From: Candidatus Poribacteria bacterium
GTDB lineage: Bacteria; Poribacteria; WGA-4E; UBA9662
DNA: 64,000 bases
Direction: 5' to 3'
Assembly: GCA_046582655.1 (NCBI GenBank)
Contig: JAYGDX010000068.1
Location: forward strand, 1 to 64,000
Position numbers and translations under genes: made by a program. The notes beneath the pieces are model-generated. The model saw nothing but the letters and a program-made list of their open reading frames with translations. It was not told the origin of the DNA and did no database searches. Below, piece by piece: positions 1 through 9,780 of the stretch (within the stretch, counting starts at the first letter, position 1; each line of letters begins with the position of its first letter).

Positions 1-662
1 GCCAAGCAGATAATGGTACACACCAAGTTGAGCCTAGACATGAAGTTGCGATCAAGCTTTTCATAGCGCCTGGCAATACGGCGAAACTGTTTAATTCTAT
101 TGAAGAAACGCTCCATCAGGTTGCGGTCTTTGTACCAGTGAAGATCAGACTCTGGTTGTTGGTTGCGATTACTGCGCACTGGTATGACCACCATGGCTTC
201 CATGCCTTGGATCATTTGGATGAAATCATTGGCATCAACCGCTGAATGAATCTTGGTGGTCAATCCACCACGCCTGCGAGCGATGGCCTGAGGCCCTTCT
301 TTTTTTTTACCTGCACCATGCTGATGAACTCGAATGATTGTGCTATCCAGGAGAAGTTGTTCCAGAAAACGTTTCTAAACCCCTTTTTTGCCCCAACGGG
401 AGTGCCGCCTGTACACCCTGTGCCAGTTGCCAAAGGCAGGGAAGCAGGTCGCGCCAAGGTGACCTAGTCCCTGCAATCCACAGCACAGCTTCAATGAACA
501 ATCGCTTGTCCCCGCCGGTCTTGCCAGGGTCACCCTCCTTGCCTGGCAGAAGATCGTTGATGCCTTCCCACTGGTCGTTTCGCAATAGTTTTCTGTTTAT
601 ATGGTCTTTCCTCCAATGACCATAGAAGACACTAACGATGAATGAATGTTAACAGACCCTAG
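1..662 (-). mobile_element. Degenerate IS5-family (IS427-group-like) insertion sequence, truncated by window start
   Basis: Minus-strand fragments: LRNDQWEGINDLLPG...RLFIEAVLWIA (N-terminus), KKEGPQAIARRRGGLTTKIHSAVDA after an A-rich slippery run (~299-309), and ERFFNRIKQFRRIARRYEKLDRNF (C-terminus). Frameshifted, with an internal deletion. End-like sequence CTAGGGTCTGTTAACA at ~647-662. Confidence 0.85.
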
Positions 663-899
663 CAAACACTATTATATATGAATGTGGTTATTATTTGACA
701 TCGATATTGTTCTTGTACACTACTGGGACAATTAAAAATCTGGTGGGATATCGTTGTTGTTAATTATTTCATTAAAGCATAGTCTAAATCTTAGAGAAAT
801 AAACCCACGCTTTAAGCCAAACGAGAGATAATCTTGAATTAGATGCTTAAACAAGCGATAATCTTGCTTGTAAGAACTTTGGGCATAGAATATATATCA

Positions 900-3176
900 A
901 TGAAAAGCAGTCTCATTCTCAAACTAGCCTTAGTCTTTATTCTTTTAATTGTAGGTTTTGTTTATCTACCTATCCCCGGTTTAGAGATCGATCAATCAGA
1001 ATCTTTTGGCTTAACGGAAGACCTCTTCAGCCTGATAGAAGCCAGCCATAACCTATATCGACCTTTTCCAGAGATGGTTACTAGAAGTGACAATCCGACA
1101 ACCACTGAAAAAGCTGAATTGGGACGACTCCTTTATTTTGACCCTGTCCTATCAGGTGATAATGACATTTCCTGTGCTCACTGCCACCACCCGGACCTTG
1201 GGTTCTCCGACAATCGTGGTCTGTCCATGGGGAAAGGCGGAAAAGGAATTGGTCGACACCGACGTGGTGGAACCACCATCCGACGAGGTTCTCCCACTAT
1301 CTGGAATTCGGCTTATAGCCATCGACAGTTCTGGGATGGACGGGCTTCTGATTTGGAAGATCAAGCTCAAAACCCGATCCAACATAAAGATGAAATGGCT
1401 CAAAATCCGGAAGAATTAATAGGAGAACTACGTGCTTTGCCAGAATATGTTCAAAGATTCGATCATGCCTTCGAAGGAGGAAATGGATCTGGTCTTACTT
1501 TCCAAAATCTGACCTATGCCATTGCAGCTTTTGAACGAACCATTATTTCCCAGAATTCGAGATTTGATCGGTATGCTCGTGATGATCAAACCGCCCTCAA
1601 TTCATCGGAACAACGAGGATTAAATATTTTCCGATCGTTGAAAACGCGTTGCTTCGAATGCCATAATTTCCCTACTTTTGCCAATCCTGACTTTAAAGTT
1701 GTTGGTGTACCGGGCATACCCAACACAGATCCGGATTTGGGTCGGGGAGAGATTGATGGGAAAGCATACAATGGCGCCTTCAAAGTGCCCACACTAAGGA
1801 ATATCGCTTTAACTGCGCCCTACATGCACAACGGTGTTTTCCAAACTCTGGGGGAGGTTATCGACTTCTATGCTCAAGGGGGTGGCCGAGGTCAAGGACT
1901 CGATATCCCAAATATGGACGATAAAATTCGCAAGTTTAAATTGAGTTCCAGTGAGAAATCTGATTTGATTGCCTTTCTTCATTGTCTTACGGATGAGTCG
2001 GCTAAACCGAAGTTCCCTGATTCGGTTCCATCTGGACTTTCCGTGGTCTCTAGATTAACGAATCAATCGCCAGAGTTGATTGCTTTTCAGCAATATACTA
2101 AACCAAATTCTAGATCAAAGGTGAAAAAAGTAGGACGGACTATCACTGTGTCTGCTGGGCAATCAATTCAAGATGGGATTAATCTTGCCGTCTCGGGTGA
2201 CATTGTGCAAGTCATGCCGGGTTATTACCATGAAACACTTGCAGTGGATATCTCGGATATCATTATTCAAGGAGTGGAAATTGATGGCAAAAGGCCTGTA
2301 TTAGATGGTAAGCAAGTTCTGGCCGATGGGTTGGTCGGATCTGGGAGCAATTTGGAGATTCGTAACTTTAATGTAGTTAACTATACTGCCAACGGTCTGA
2401 TGATTAATGGTGCTTTAAATGTTACGTTCACAGACATTTATTGTGAAAATACGGGTTTGTATGGAATCTATCCAGTCGAATGTGTTGGCGTTACAGTAGA
2501 GGGATGCCAAGTGACAAAGGTCAGAGATGCTGGTATTTACGTCGGACAGTCAAAAAATATTGTAGTGAGAAACTGCACTGTCTATGGAAACGTAACTGGC
2601 ATCGAGATAGAAAACTCGGTAGATGTGGTAGTTGAAAATAATGAAGCATATGACAATGCTGGAGGGATCTTGGTGTTTTTGTTGCCGAATAATCCTTCCA
2701 AAGTTTCTAGAAACTGTAAAGTCATCAGAAACCGAGTACACGACAATAACCATGAGAATTTCGCTGATCCAAATTCAACTGTCAGCAACGTGCCTTCGGG
2801 AACGGGCATCCTAATCATGGCTGCAGACAAAGTGGAAGTTACACAAAATAAAATTCAAGGCAATAATTCTTATGGGGTCGCAGTTGTCAGTCTGGATATA
2901 GATAGTAAGAAACGAATCTCCTCTGACGTCAATCCAATCCCTCAAAGTTGCTGGATTCATGAGAACGAAATGAGAAACAACGGTTTGGATCCCGATCCTT
3001 CTGTTTTGAAACTAGGGTTCCCAGGAGCAGATTTGCTCTGGGATTTAAGTGGGTATGACAACAGTTGGGATCAGCCGGGTGCCAGTTCAATGCCTCCCAC
3101 TTTGCCTAATAAATCATGGCCGGATATTGTTCGTAGAGCAAACTGGCGATTATGGAAAATCCTCAGCAGCATTTAA
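900..3176 (+). CDS. Diheme cytochrome c peroxidase/MauG-family protein fused to a C-terminal parallel beta-helix domain
   Basis: N-terminal hydrophobic anchor, LGRLLYFD, CAHCH, QFWDGRA, CFECH, FKVPTLRN...PYMHNG, then PbH1-like repeats (GIYPVEC, DAGIYVGQS, GIEIENS). ORF is open from 843; ATG at 900 is more plausible. Confidence 0.88.
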   Translation: MKSSLILKLALVFILLIVGFVYLPIPGLEIDQSESFGLTEDLFSLIEASHNLYRPFPEMVTRSDNPTTTEKAELGRLLYFDPVLSGDNDISCAHCHHPDLGFSDNRGLSMGKGGKGIGRHRRGGTTIRRGSPTIWNSAYSHRQFWDGRASDLEDQAQNPIQHKDEMAQNPEELIGELRALPEYVQRFDHAFEGGNGSGLTFQNLTYAIAAFERTIISQNSRFDRYARDDQTALNSSEQRGLNIFRSLKTRCFECHNFPTFANPDFKVVGVPGIPNTDPDLGRGEIDGKAYNGAFKVPTLRNIALTAPYMHNGVFQTLGEVIDFYAQGGGRGQGLDIPNMDDKIRKFKLSSSEKSDLIAFLHCLTDESAKPKFPDSVPSGLSVVSRLTNQSPELIAFQQYTKPNSRSKVKKVGRTITVSAGQSIQDGINLAVSGDIVQVMPGYYHETLAVDISDIIIQGVEIDGKRPVLDGKQVLADGLVGSGSNLEIRNFNVVNYTANGLMINGALNVTFTDIYCENTGLYGIYPVECVGVTVEGCQVTKVRDAGIYVGQSKNIVVRNCTVYGNVTGIEIENSVDVVVENNEAYDNAGGILVFLLPNNPSKVSRNCKVIRNRVHDNNHENFADPNSTVSNVPSGTGILIMAADKVEVTQNKIQGNNSYGVAVVSLDIDSKKRISSDVNPIPQSCWIHENEMRNNGLDPDPSVLKLGFPGADLLWDLSGYDNSWDQPGASSMPPTLPNKSWPDIVRRANWRLWKILSSI

Positions 3177-3216
3177 CCTGCCAAGTTTAGCTTAAAGTGC
3201 CTGCGGAAAATTTGGA

Positions 3217-4848
3217 TCAGATTAATATTATATCTTGTAGATATAATATTAATCTTTTCATTTCTTTAATAACTTCGTTTTCTCTTTTTGCAATCATATC
3301 AAAGAGTGGAGAACTCGCTTTACCTTTTCTTTTCGTTGCATTGTTAACAAGCCTTTCATATCGTTCTGGTCTTATCCCTAAATATTTAACGGAAAGATAG
3401 TATTCTGAATCCTCGACCGTAATTTTGCCGTCCAGAATACTACCAGTTTCCCTCTTACCGTAGCTGACGATGTAACATCTACCAGTTTTTTTGTCGATGA
3501 TAGCATATCCGCCCTCATCAATGGTTTCGTTCCAATATTTCTCAAAACCGCCAGTGGGAACCAAAGATCGTAAATCATCTGCGGACCGCATCAGGATCCG
3601 TTTGCCAGTTGGTTCTCTAATGACAGCCAATCCCTCCACGTTAACCCTTTCGGGCGGAGTGGACTGCATAAGATAGATATTATCCAGAGTATAGATCACA
3701 TTATCTTTCAGTCCTTTTGCTAAGTTTAGATATCTCTCCATAATATTACCACTGGAAGAATGAAGTTGGTATTGATCTGCGGCTTCAAAAACCTGCTTTA
3801 GTCTTCTCCTCTCCTCTATATTGGAGAACCTATTCTCTGGTAAAACAACCTCTATTTTTAAAATGTAATCGACAAACAGTTCGTTAATTACATTTAGTTG
3901 CGATTCTTGTACATCCGCCAATACACTTAATCCTGTTTTGCTTTTTGATAGAATCCTACCGATCAAGTATTGGCTTCGCAGAGACCGTATTTCCTGAGAG
4001 ATTAAGTTCAGAGTGGGACGATTCATTTGATCTATCATAATTTTGTGCTCCCATCTCGTCCCTCTTTCATGGCGCAGGATTTGGAGTTGTTTCTCAGACT
4101 GATCTGTCTTTATATGTCCTAAGACAGTCCATGGATCAAAGGTGGTGCGGTAACCTTCACTAACCTGCGCATCCATACTGTCAAACACGCAATCCCTCCG
4201 TTCATACCTGGAATATATTCCAAATTCAAATTCTAAATGACTAAAAGATTCTAATACCTCTAAAAGATCTCTGGCAAATTCATCTCCTCTCGGGAAAGGT
4301 TTGAAGATTGCCTCTGTTTGTTGGGGAAGATTAAGTGCATCCAAGAATTTCCCGATTGGAATTCCTTGCATATCGGGCCCAATTCCGATAACCTTCGTTT
4401 TTGTTTTGAAAGGTGGTTGCCGCAAGAACAAATCACGCTGAGAAACAAATTGTAAGGCTGGATCCATATGCAAATCATCCATTGTGGGAGCATCTCCAAA
4501 AAACTGTTCCAATAGCTCTATATCCGCATCTTCACCAGTGACACTCTGTTTTAACTCGGCAAAGTGAACAGTATCATCTAAACCAAATCGGAGTGGTGCG
4601 CTGGAAGAAAAATTATCATAATTTGATCGCCGAAAGCGTATTCTGGGCTTAATTCGGATGACAGGGATCAAACCATAGTCTTTCAATAAAACATATAACG
4701 TAACCGTGTAGGATTCGGCATGTGTTTTCCTCTGCAAAATCCCATTTTGGTTAGTCGTCCCCTCATCCTTGACCAGATGCTCCTGAACCAAGTCACTGTC
4801 ATTGCCGAAAATTATCATTCGGTGTTCTTCTCTACTATCATCTACCAT
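3217..4848 (-). CDS. Hypothetical protein with VTC/CYTH (triphosphate tunnel metalloenzyme)-like N-terminal domain
   Basis: 543-aa ORF; ordered motifs REEHR, YTVTLY, PRIRFRR, FAELK, YSRYERR, YRTTFD, WEHK, SKSK parallel the VTC consensus. Confidence 0.55.
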   Translation of the reverse strand: MVDDSREEHRMIIFGNDSDLVQEHLVKDEGTTNQNGILQRKTHAESYTVTLYVLLKDYGLIPVIRIKPRIRFRRSNYDNFSSSAPLRFGLDDTVHFAELKQSVTGEDADIELLEQFFGDAPTMDDLHMDPALQFVSQRDLFLRQPPFKTKTKVIGIGPDMQGIPIGKFLDALNLPQQTEAIFKPFPRGDEFARDLLEVLESFSHLEFEFGIYSRYERRDCVFDSMDAQVSEGYRTTFDPWTVLGHIKTDQSEKQLQILRHERGTRWEHKIMIDQMNRPTLNLISQEIRSLRSQYLIGRILSKSKTGLSVLADVQESQLNVINELFVDYILKIEVVLPENRFSNIEERRRLKQVFEAADQYQLHSSSGNIMERYLNLAKGLKDNVIYTLDNIYLMQSTPPERVNVEGLAVIREPTGKRILMRSADDLRSLVPTGGFEKYWNETIDEGGYAIIDKKTGRCYIVSYGKRETGSILDGKITVEDSEYYLSVKYLGIRPERYERLVNNATKRKGKASSPLFDMIAKRENEVIKEMKRLILYLQDIILI

Positions 4849-4877
4849 ATTTATCGTTCAACATTGACTCAGCTTTT

Positions 4878-5489
4878 TTAAATTATATTGGCTTCAACAG
4901 GATAATTCTGAACAATTAACCGAATTATCGCTGCCGTTCCTTGCCGCCATTTCGCATCTAGTTCGACAATTGTATCCTCGTAGTAAATAATTTTCAACGA
5001 TTTAAAGGTTCCCAAAAGTTCGTTAGGCTTGACAAGATAATCTGGATTTCTAGGACCATGTGTACCATGTTCAAGATGATCAATTGAAAATTGCTCAAGA
5101 ATAAACATTCCCTGTGGCTTCAACAGGCCAATTATCTTAGGTAACAACAACCTATCATAAAAATAAAAGCAGGTAACCAGATCATACTTTACCTTTCCTA
5201 TTTCATTTTCATCTAAATCCGCTACAATTCTATTGATATACACTCCTTTTTCCTGTGCAAGTTTTCTGCATTTTCTGATTGCAAATTTTGAGATGTCTAT
5301 GCCAGTTGTATTGTAGCCGCATTGAGCTAGGTAAACTGCGTTACGTCCTTCACCCATAGCAAGAACAAGTGCGTCACCTTTGGTTAGGATATTGATTTTC
5401 TGTCTCAGAAAGGCCGATGGTTCTTTACCATAAAGATATCTCTTGCAATTGTATCTTTGATTCCATTTCTCTTTATCTTTAATCGACAT
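4878..5489 (-). CDS. Class I SAM-dependent methyltransferase (TehB-like)
   Basis: WNQRY...YGKEPS, LVLAMGEGRNAVYLA, GIDIS motifs. Confidence 0.9.
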   Translation of the reverse strand: MSIKDKEKWNQRYNCKRYLYGKEPSAFLRQKINILTKGDALVLAMGEGRNAVYLAQCGYNTTGIDISKFAIRKCRKLAQEKGVYINRIVADLDENEIGKVKYDLVTCFYFYDRLLLPKIIGLLKPQGMFILEQFSIDHLEHGTHGPRNPDYLVKPNELLGTFKSLKIIYYEDTIVELDAKWRQGTAAIIRLIVQNYPVEANII

Positions 5490-5946
5490 AACCTTTTTCT
5501 CTTAATCCAATGAATGTTGCAAAACAGATATGACCGATATCCACATTATATGAGAAATCATCTCTAAACCACATCCTAATTGTAAACGATAATCCGCATC
5601 TTGCTTTTATAATGTGAATTGATTAAAAAAACAAAGTTACTTCTGTTCCTAGGAAGTCCTAAAATGGTTTCGTGATCCACTGGAACAATTAAAGATAAGC
5701 TCCGAATATAAACTCTTAGAGGTTAGAAAAGTACTAAGGTAGAGGACACAAAGATTATTGGCTAGGTTCTGAGATCCGAAAACTTGCAAAAATTATTAGC
5801 CAAGTATTTATCACCAGTTCTTGCTGTGAAGTCGAAAGATCTCTGCGGTTATCTTAGCAATAATTTTCAGAAAAACACAGCAATACTGTACCTGCTCAAT
5901 TGATTGAAGCAAAGGAAATAAGCTACGATTAAACCGAGTTTATCAA

Positions 5947-5977
5947 CCAAGTAAATATGGATCCTATATTTACTTGG
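5947..5977. other. Perfect 12-bp inverted repeat downstream of nrdJ (possible terminator or operator)
   Basis: CCAAGTAAATAT-GGATCCT-ATATTTACTTGG; AT-rich, no clear U-tract. Confidence 0.4.
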
Positions 5978-6120
5978 CATCTTGTAAATTGATGTAATCT
6001 TAAACCAAGTGTTGGCTTTATAGAAAAGACAAAATAATAAAGAAAGATTTCGAATCTATCTATACTAATAGGCAGGGCTAATAGGCAGGAAAAAACAGTC
6101 TATATCCTATAACATGAATT

Positions 6121-9100
6121 CTATGAACATCCACTTGTCGTACCGCAATTTAAGCATCGGTAGCATGTCCCATTTCGTACCATGATGGATCCGCAAGCCT
6201 GACAGGGCGGTGCATCGGACTGCATTTGGGCAACCTGTTTTTTACGCAATTCAAGTTGTCCTTCTGATGATATAACGCGGGAAACGTCATCAGAATCTCC
6301 CTGATTTTCTTCATAAGAGGAGAGTTGCGCAGATTCAAGTTGATTTCCGAACGTCTCCTGAACTTCTGTATCAACCTGAGTTTGTGAAAGGAATTTTTGT
6401 CCAAGCCAGCGAAAGACATAGTCAATAATTGACTTGGCGATTGGGATTTCCTTGTTACTAGTAAATCCTGAAGGCTCAAATCGGACATGGCTGAACTTAT
6501 CAACAAGTGACTCCAGAGGTACTCCATATTGCAATAAGATGGAAGTCATTGTTGCAATAGTATCTATCAGACCAGAGATAACAGATCCTTCCTTAGACAT
6601 TGTAAGGAAGACCTCACCAGGACTGCCATCATCATAAAACCCAACCGTAATGTAACCGTCATGACCAGCCACGCTAAACTTATGTGTTACCGATTGACGT
6701 TCGTCAGGGAGTCTTTTTCTGATAGGCTGAAGTGTATCGTGGATCTCCAATTCCTCCTCAACTGTTTCTGCCTGACTAGTCGAGGACAAAGGTTGGCTAC
6801 TCTTACTTCCATCACGATAAATGGACATACACTTGACACCTAGTTTCCATGCTTCGGCATATACTTGTTTGATGTCATCTACGGATGCTTCATTCGTTAG
6901 GTTAACTGTCTTTGAAATTGCACCTGAGATGAATGGCTGAACAGCTGCTATCATTCTAACATGCCCCATCGGGTCGATAGAGCGCGTACCAATCTTGCCA
7001 CACTTATTAGCACAATCAAAAATAGAATAGTGCTTTTTTTTAAGGTGCGGAGCCCCTTCAATCGTGCCATTTCCACAAATGGCTTCGTCCGCAGCATCAA
7101 TTTCTTCCTGGCGAAACCCAATACATTTCAGCATATTGAATTCTGGATCTTGCACCTCCTCAGGATTAATCCCCAAACGTTTTAAGCAGGCTTCATCAAC
7201 AAGACCCGGAGCAAAAGCGAGATTTAGATCAAAAGCACTAGGTAACATAGCTTCTATCTTGACCAGATCTTCTTCTGTAAACCCTTTGCTTTTTAGTGTT
7301 TCTTCATTGATGTGGGATGCCCCCTCAAGAGTACCTGTACCAATAGTGTAAGCAATTATTTCCTCAATTTGTTCGGTGTTATAACCAAGATGTTCTAACG
7401 CCTTGGCGACACTCCTGTTGACAATTTTAAAGTAACCGCCACCCGCTAATTTCTTGAATTTCACCAGGGCGAAATCTGGTTCAATGCCTGTTGTATCGCA
7501 ATCCATCAATAAAGCTATTGTACCGGTCGGAGCAATAACAGAAATTTGCGAGTTACGATAACCAAATTGTTCCCCCATTTGCAAACAGATATCCCAGTCT
7601 TCACGAGCCGCATCGAGCATGTAATCTGGGCAGTTTGAATTCGGTTGCGTTCCAACCTTGTCAATTCTATAAGCTGCATCTCGATGCAATTTCATGACTT
7701 CCAGCATCGACTCCCGATTCTCTTCAAAACAGTCAAATGTTCCCACGTTACCGGCTATCTCCGCACTGGTTTGGTAGCCATGACCTGATAGAATTGCCGA
7801 GAGTGCTCCAGACCAAGCTCGTCCTTCATTACTATCGTACGGAATTCCATTTAACATTAAAAAGGTACCGAGATTAGCATAGCCCAGTCCAAGTGGACGG
7901 AAATCATGAGACCTTCTGGCAATCCTTTCGGTTGGATATGAAGATAGATCGACAATAATTTCCATTGCCGTAATAAATATTCGGGTGGCGTGTCGATAAG
8001 CCTCAACGTCGAACTCACCATCTTCACGCATAAATTTCACCAGATTCAGACTGGCTAAGTTACATGCTGTATCATCCAAGAAAACAAACTCTGAACAAGG
8101 ATTTGTAGCATTGATTCTTCCAGTACTTTTGCAGGTATGCCAGCGCTGGATTGCATCATCAAACTGTACACCAGGATCCGCGCAAGCCCAAGCTGCGTAC
8201 GCAATTTTGTCCATTAACCATTTGGCATCGTATTCATCCGCAGATTTTCCATCCATCCGGTAAGTTGTTTGCCATTTACCATCTTCAAAATACGAATTCA
8301 TAAATGAATCAGGTATGCGAACAGAGTTATTGCTATTTTGTCCACTAATTGTGTGATAGGCCTCACCATTGAAATCGGCGGAATAGCCTGCAGCTATTAA
8401 TATCTGCGCCTTCTTTTCTTCATTCAGTTTCCAATCAATGTAGTCCACAATTTCCGGGTGGTCCATATCAAGAATAACCATCTTAGCCGCTCTTCGAGTT
8501 GTTCCTCCGGACTTAATACTACCTGCCCAACGGTCAAAACCTTCTAGGAATGAAAGAACTCCCGAACTTGCTCCGCCACCTGAAAGAGGTTCTCCTTTGG
8601 CTCGCACGCTACTAAAGTTTGAGCCAGTCCCGCTACCATATTTAAACAGCCGAACTTCGGATTTTTGCAGTTCAAGCATAGTATCAAGAGAATCATCCAC
8701 TCCCTGAATGAAACAAGCTGAGTTTTGTGGATGTTCATAAGCATTTTTCGTCATTTGAACATTTTTTGCATCCATGTTCCAGTAATAGTTCCCACCGCCA
8801 CCTTCAATACCATATTCATGCCAAAGACCGCAGTTAAACCAAACCGGTGAGTTAAAAGCCCCATACTGATAAGCAAGCAAATGGGTTAGTTCGGCTTCAA
8901 ACGACTCAGCATCTTTCGCGCTTGCAAAGTATCCTCCGAATGCCTCGCCAACTTGGCGGATTGTACGGGCAACTCTCCGAGTCAACTGACGCACACTTGT
9001 TTCCTGGTCCACTTGAGGAACACCAGCTTTGCGAAAGTATTTTGAGGAAACAATATCCGTAGCAAGTTGAGACCAACTTGCTGGAACTTCTACTCCCTTT

Positions 9101-9321
9101 TGTTCAAAAATCACTGCCCCTTTTTCGTCGTAGATTGCAGCATCTCTCATCTCCCACACAATCTCGTCAAATGGATCTGACTCTGGTGTGGTGAAGCGCC
9201 TTTCAATTTTCAATCCTCGCTGCTGTATGCCGTCTTTACCAACAGGTGGTTTAAGATTAGAAACTTCATCAGACGGCACTGCTACAACCTGATCGGTATG
9301 GGGATTATTAGTTTTAGACAT
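6121..9321 (-). CDS. nrdJ: Vitamin B12-dependent class II ribonucleotide reductase with C-terminal TSCPD domain and Zn ribbon
   Basis: FNSPVWFN, SACFI, RRAAKM, TNPCSE, CNLASLNL, IAPTGTI, SKTVN, YRDGSK, C-terminal CQACG...CLNCGTTSGCS. Confidence 0.96.
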   Translation of the reverse strand: MSKTNNPHTDQVVAVPSDEVSNLKPPVGKDGIQQRGLKIERRFTTPESDPFDEIVWEMRDAAIYDEKGAVIFEQKGVEVPASWSQLATDIVSSKYFRKAGVPQVDQETSVRQLTRRVARTIRQVGEAFGGYFASAKDAESFEAELTHLLAYQYGAFNSPVWFNCGLWHEYGIEGGGGNYYWNMDAKNVQMTKNAYEHPQNSACFIQGVDDSLDTMLELQKSEVRLFKYGSGTGSNFSSVRAKGEPLSGGGASSGVLSFLEGFDRWAGSIKSGGTTRRAAKMVILDMDHPEIVDYIDWKLNEEKKAQILIAAGYSADFNGEAYHTISGQNSNNSVRIPDSFMNSYFEDGKWQTTYRMDGKSADEYDAKWLMDKIAYAAWACADPGVQFDDAIQRWHTCKSTGRINATNPCSEFVFLDDTACNLASLNLVKFMREDGEFDVEAYRHATRIFITAMEIIVDLSSYPTERIARRSHDFRPLGLGYANLGTFLMLNGIPYDSNEGRAWSGALSAILSGHGYQTSAEIAGNVGTFDCFEENRESMLEVMKLHRDAAYRIDKVGTQPNSNCPDYMLDAAREDWDICLQMGEQFGYRNSQISVIAPTGTIALLMDCDTTGIEPDFALVKFKKLAGGGYFKIVNRSVAKALEHLGYNTEQIEEIIAYTIGTGTLEGASHINEETLKSKGFTEEDLVKIEAMLPSAFDLNLAFAPGLVDEACLKRLGINPEEVQDPEFNMLKCIGFRQEEIDAADEAICGNGTIEGAPHLKKKHYSIFDCANKCGKIGTRSIDPMGHVRMIAAVQPFISGAISKTVNLTNEASVDDIKQVYAEAWKLGVKCMSIYRDGSKSSQPLSSTSQAETVEEELEIHDTLQPIRKRLPDERQSVTHKFSVAGHDGYITVGFYDDGSPGEVFLTMSKEGSVISGLIDTIATMTSILLQYGVPLESLVDKFSHVRFEPSGFTSNKEIPIAKSIIDYVFRWLGQKFLSQTQVDTEVQETFGNQLESAQLSSYEENQGDSDDVSRVISSEGQLELRKKQVAQMQSDAPPCQACGSIMVRNGTCYRCLNCGTTSGCS

Positions 9322-9330
9322 GCTATTTCC

Positions 9331-9524
9331 TTATCAAATGTATGGCGAAAGTGGTAGAAAAAAATTTGTTCAGTTTCATAACCCCACAGATCTTCCAAGA
9401 GTCTGGCTTTTATGCTGGATTCTAATCTTATCAAACGTATGGCAAAAATGGCAGAAAAAAATTTACTTCAGCTTTACAATTACATAGATTTTCAAAGGGG
9501 CGGCATTAATGCTGGCCCCTAATC
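9331..9524. repeat. Two diverged 97-bp tandem units in the nrdJ leader; candidate structured cis-regulatory RNA
   Basis: Units 9331-9427 and 9428-9524, about 75/98 aligned columns identical by hand; internal hairpin stems show compensatory changes. Confidence 0.8.
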
Positions 9525-9525
9525 A

Positions 9526-9590
9526 TCAGCCGAAATCAAGTCCCAACGTCAGCAAAGCCGCATGAAACCTGAATCTTTGATTTCGGTTGA
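9526..9590. other. 14-bp stem hairpin in nrdJ upstream region
   Basis: TCAGCCGAAATCAA (9526-9539) pairs with TTGATTTCGGTTGA (9577-9590), one G-U on the plus strand. Confidence 0.6.
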
Positions 9591-9627
9591 ACAAGCTAGA
9601 TAACAAGTGTGAAACTTTCATTTAGAA

Positions 9628-9656
9628 TATGTAACATTATTGGCAGAAAGTGTCAA
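9628..9656 (-). promoter_or_regulatory. Putative sigma70 promoter of nrdJ
   Basis: TTGACA-17 bp-TACATA with TG extension; the -10 is imperfect. Confidence 0.5.
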
Positions 9657-9780
9657 GTAGTATAAGCAAAAAAAATCGGCTTAAATTTAGGAAGGAGTTT
9701 AAAAACTAACCAAGATAATTTGGGAAAGGTTGATGGTAGTTTCTTAAGTTGTCCTGCAATGAATCTTGAGACAGCATAGC

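Noticed and set aside
5735..5900. Lysine riboswitch suggested by AAGGTAGAGG
   Set aside because: Downstream conserved elements are absent and no lysine gene follows.
6121..9321. Intein or intron in nrdJ
   Set aside because: The reading frame is continuous; no splice-junction or homing endonuclease motifs seen.
9338..9487. 49-codon plus-strand ORF across the tandem units
   Set aside because: No RBS, and the 97-bp period does not preserve frame.
9380..9500. NrdR boxes in the nrdJ leader repeats
   Set aside because: Best matches (CACAGATCTT, CATAGATTTT) lack the conserved terminal C and G of the palindromic consensus.
9545..9575. c-di-GMP-I riboswitch suggested by GCAAAGCC
   Set aside because: The upstream GGCAAACC/GNRA stem is missing and the motif is antisense to nrdJ.
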